Source of the DNA: Marsupella aquatica
Lineage: Eukaryota; Plantae; Marchantiophyta
Direction of reading: 5' to 3'
Assembly: GCA_973895155.1 (NCBI GenBank)
Contig: OZ316892.1
Location: 13,880,861 to 13,944,860 of the forward strand
DNA length: 64,000 nucleotides
The number at the start of each line of letters is the position of its first letter. The first letter of the stretch is position 1. Of this stretch, positions 63,701-64,000 are shown piece after piece. A model generated the notes under the pieces. That model was not told the origin of the DNA, did no database searches, and was given only the letters and a program-made list of their open reading frames with translations. Made by a program: the position numbers and the translations under genes.

Positions 63701-64000
63701 TGGAGTGATACCGTATCTTGGGAGCCTTGTGAAAACTTCACCTATATCATATGCCAACAATCTGATACATTAAGTCCACTGACACTAGGTACATACAATT
63801 AAGATAGGCAATATTTTACACTGTTTTAATTGCGTGTCTTAGAACCCGCCTATTGTTGCAGCATTGGAAAGCTAGCCATTGTTAGCTCCTTCCAACAAAG
63901 GGCTAATCTAGCATACGATACAGCAGAGAAATCTCATCTTAAGAAAATCTTGAAGCCTAAAACTTGGATGAACCATTTTGGCCTGCTGGTCCCCCCATCC
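51738..64000 (-). CDS. UBR-family (N-recognin) RING E3 ubiquitin ligase, 3' portion, many short exons; 5' end lies beyond the window
   Basis: VSLHIPLHRTL (~63700), WLCVRDMTYSQ, YQLKPECWKEFDPLFAHF (winged helix), split RING-H2 CAFC…CGH…FLCPICRRLANVLLP, LPFLRRAALL, PAICLVCG, SLYLDLHGE/EDAYLKRGHPLHLS; last exon 51821-51738 IKRLWLTAAFDHDTHILHKSHIGGKIL*. Confidence 0.92.
55007..55227. repeat. ~73-bp tandem repeat x3 in a UBR-gene intron
   Basis: ttttaaccttgccagtgcctattgctgtaagcgtacat…cagtgtctcttctctagtacaa three times. Confidence 0.95.

Overview
Eukaryotic nuclear DNA from a land plant, most likely a bryophyte and probably a liverwort (inferred from the gene set, intron style and TE types). The left ~32 kb is a nested transposon graveyard. 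It holds a TE-like gene cassette with two duplicated FCP1/NIF (HAD) phosphatase-like exons, and a Ty1/copia element (5' LTR, tRNA-iMet PBS, GAG-pre-integrase remnant) interrupted by an LTR-like insert and a GC-rich ~4.9 kb element with a 569-aa coiled-coil ORF. It also contains two fold-back/TIR elements and a decayed L1 LINE. The right half holds four spliced host genes: a GT47/exostosin glycosyltransferase (+), PSB33/LIL8 (-), mitochondrial SDH5 (+), and the 3' part of a many-exon UBR-family N-recognin E3 ligase (-) that looks divergent from canonical PRT6. A tRNA-derived SINE, a CRE-like RLE retrotransposon remnant and many short tandem duplications lie among them. Exon boundaries were read by eye from GT-AG sites and frame. 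Repeat boundaries are approximate and no database searches were run.
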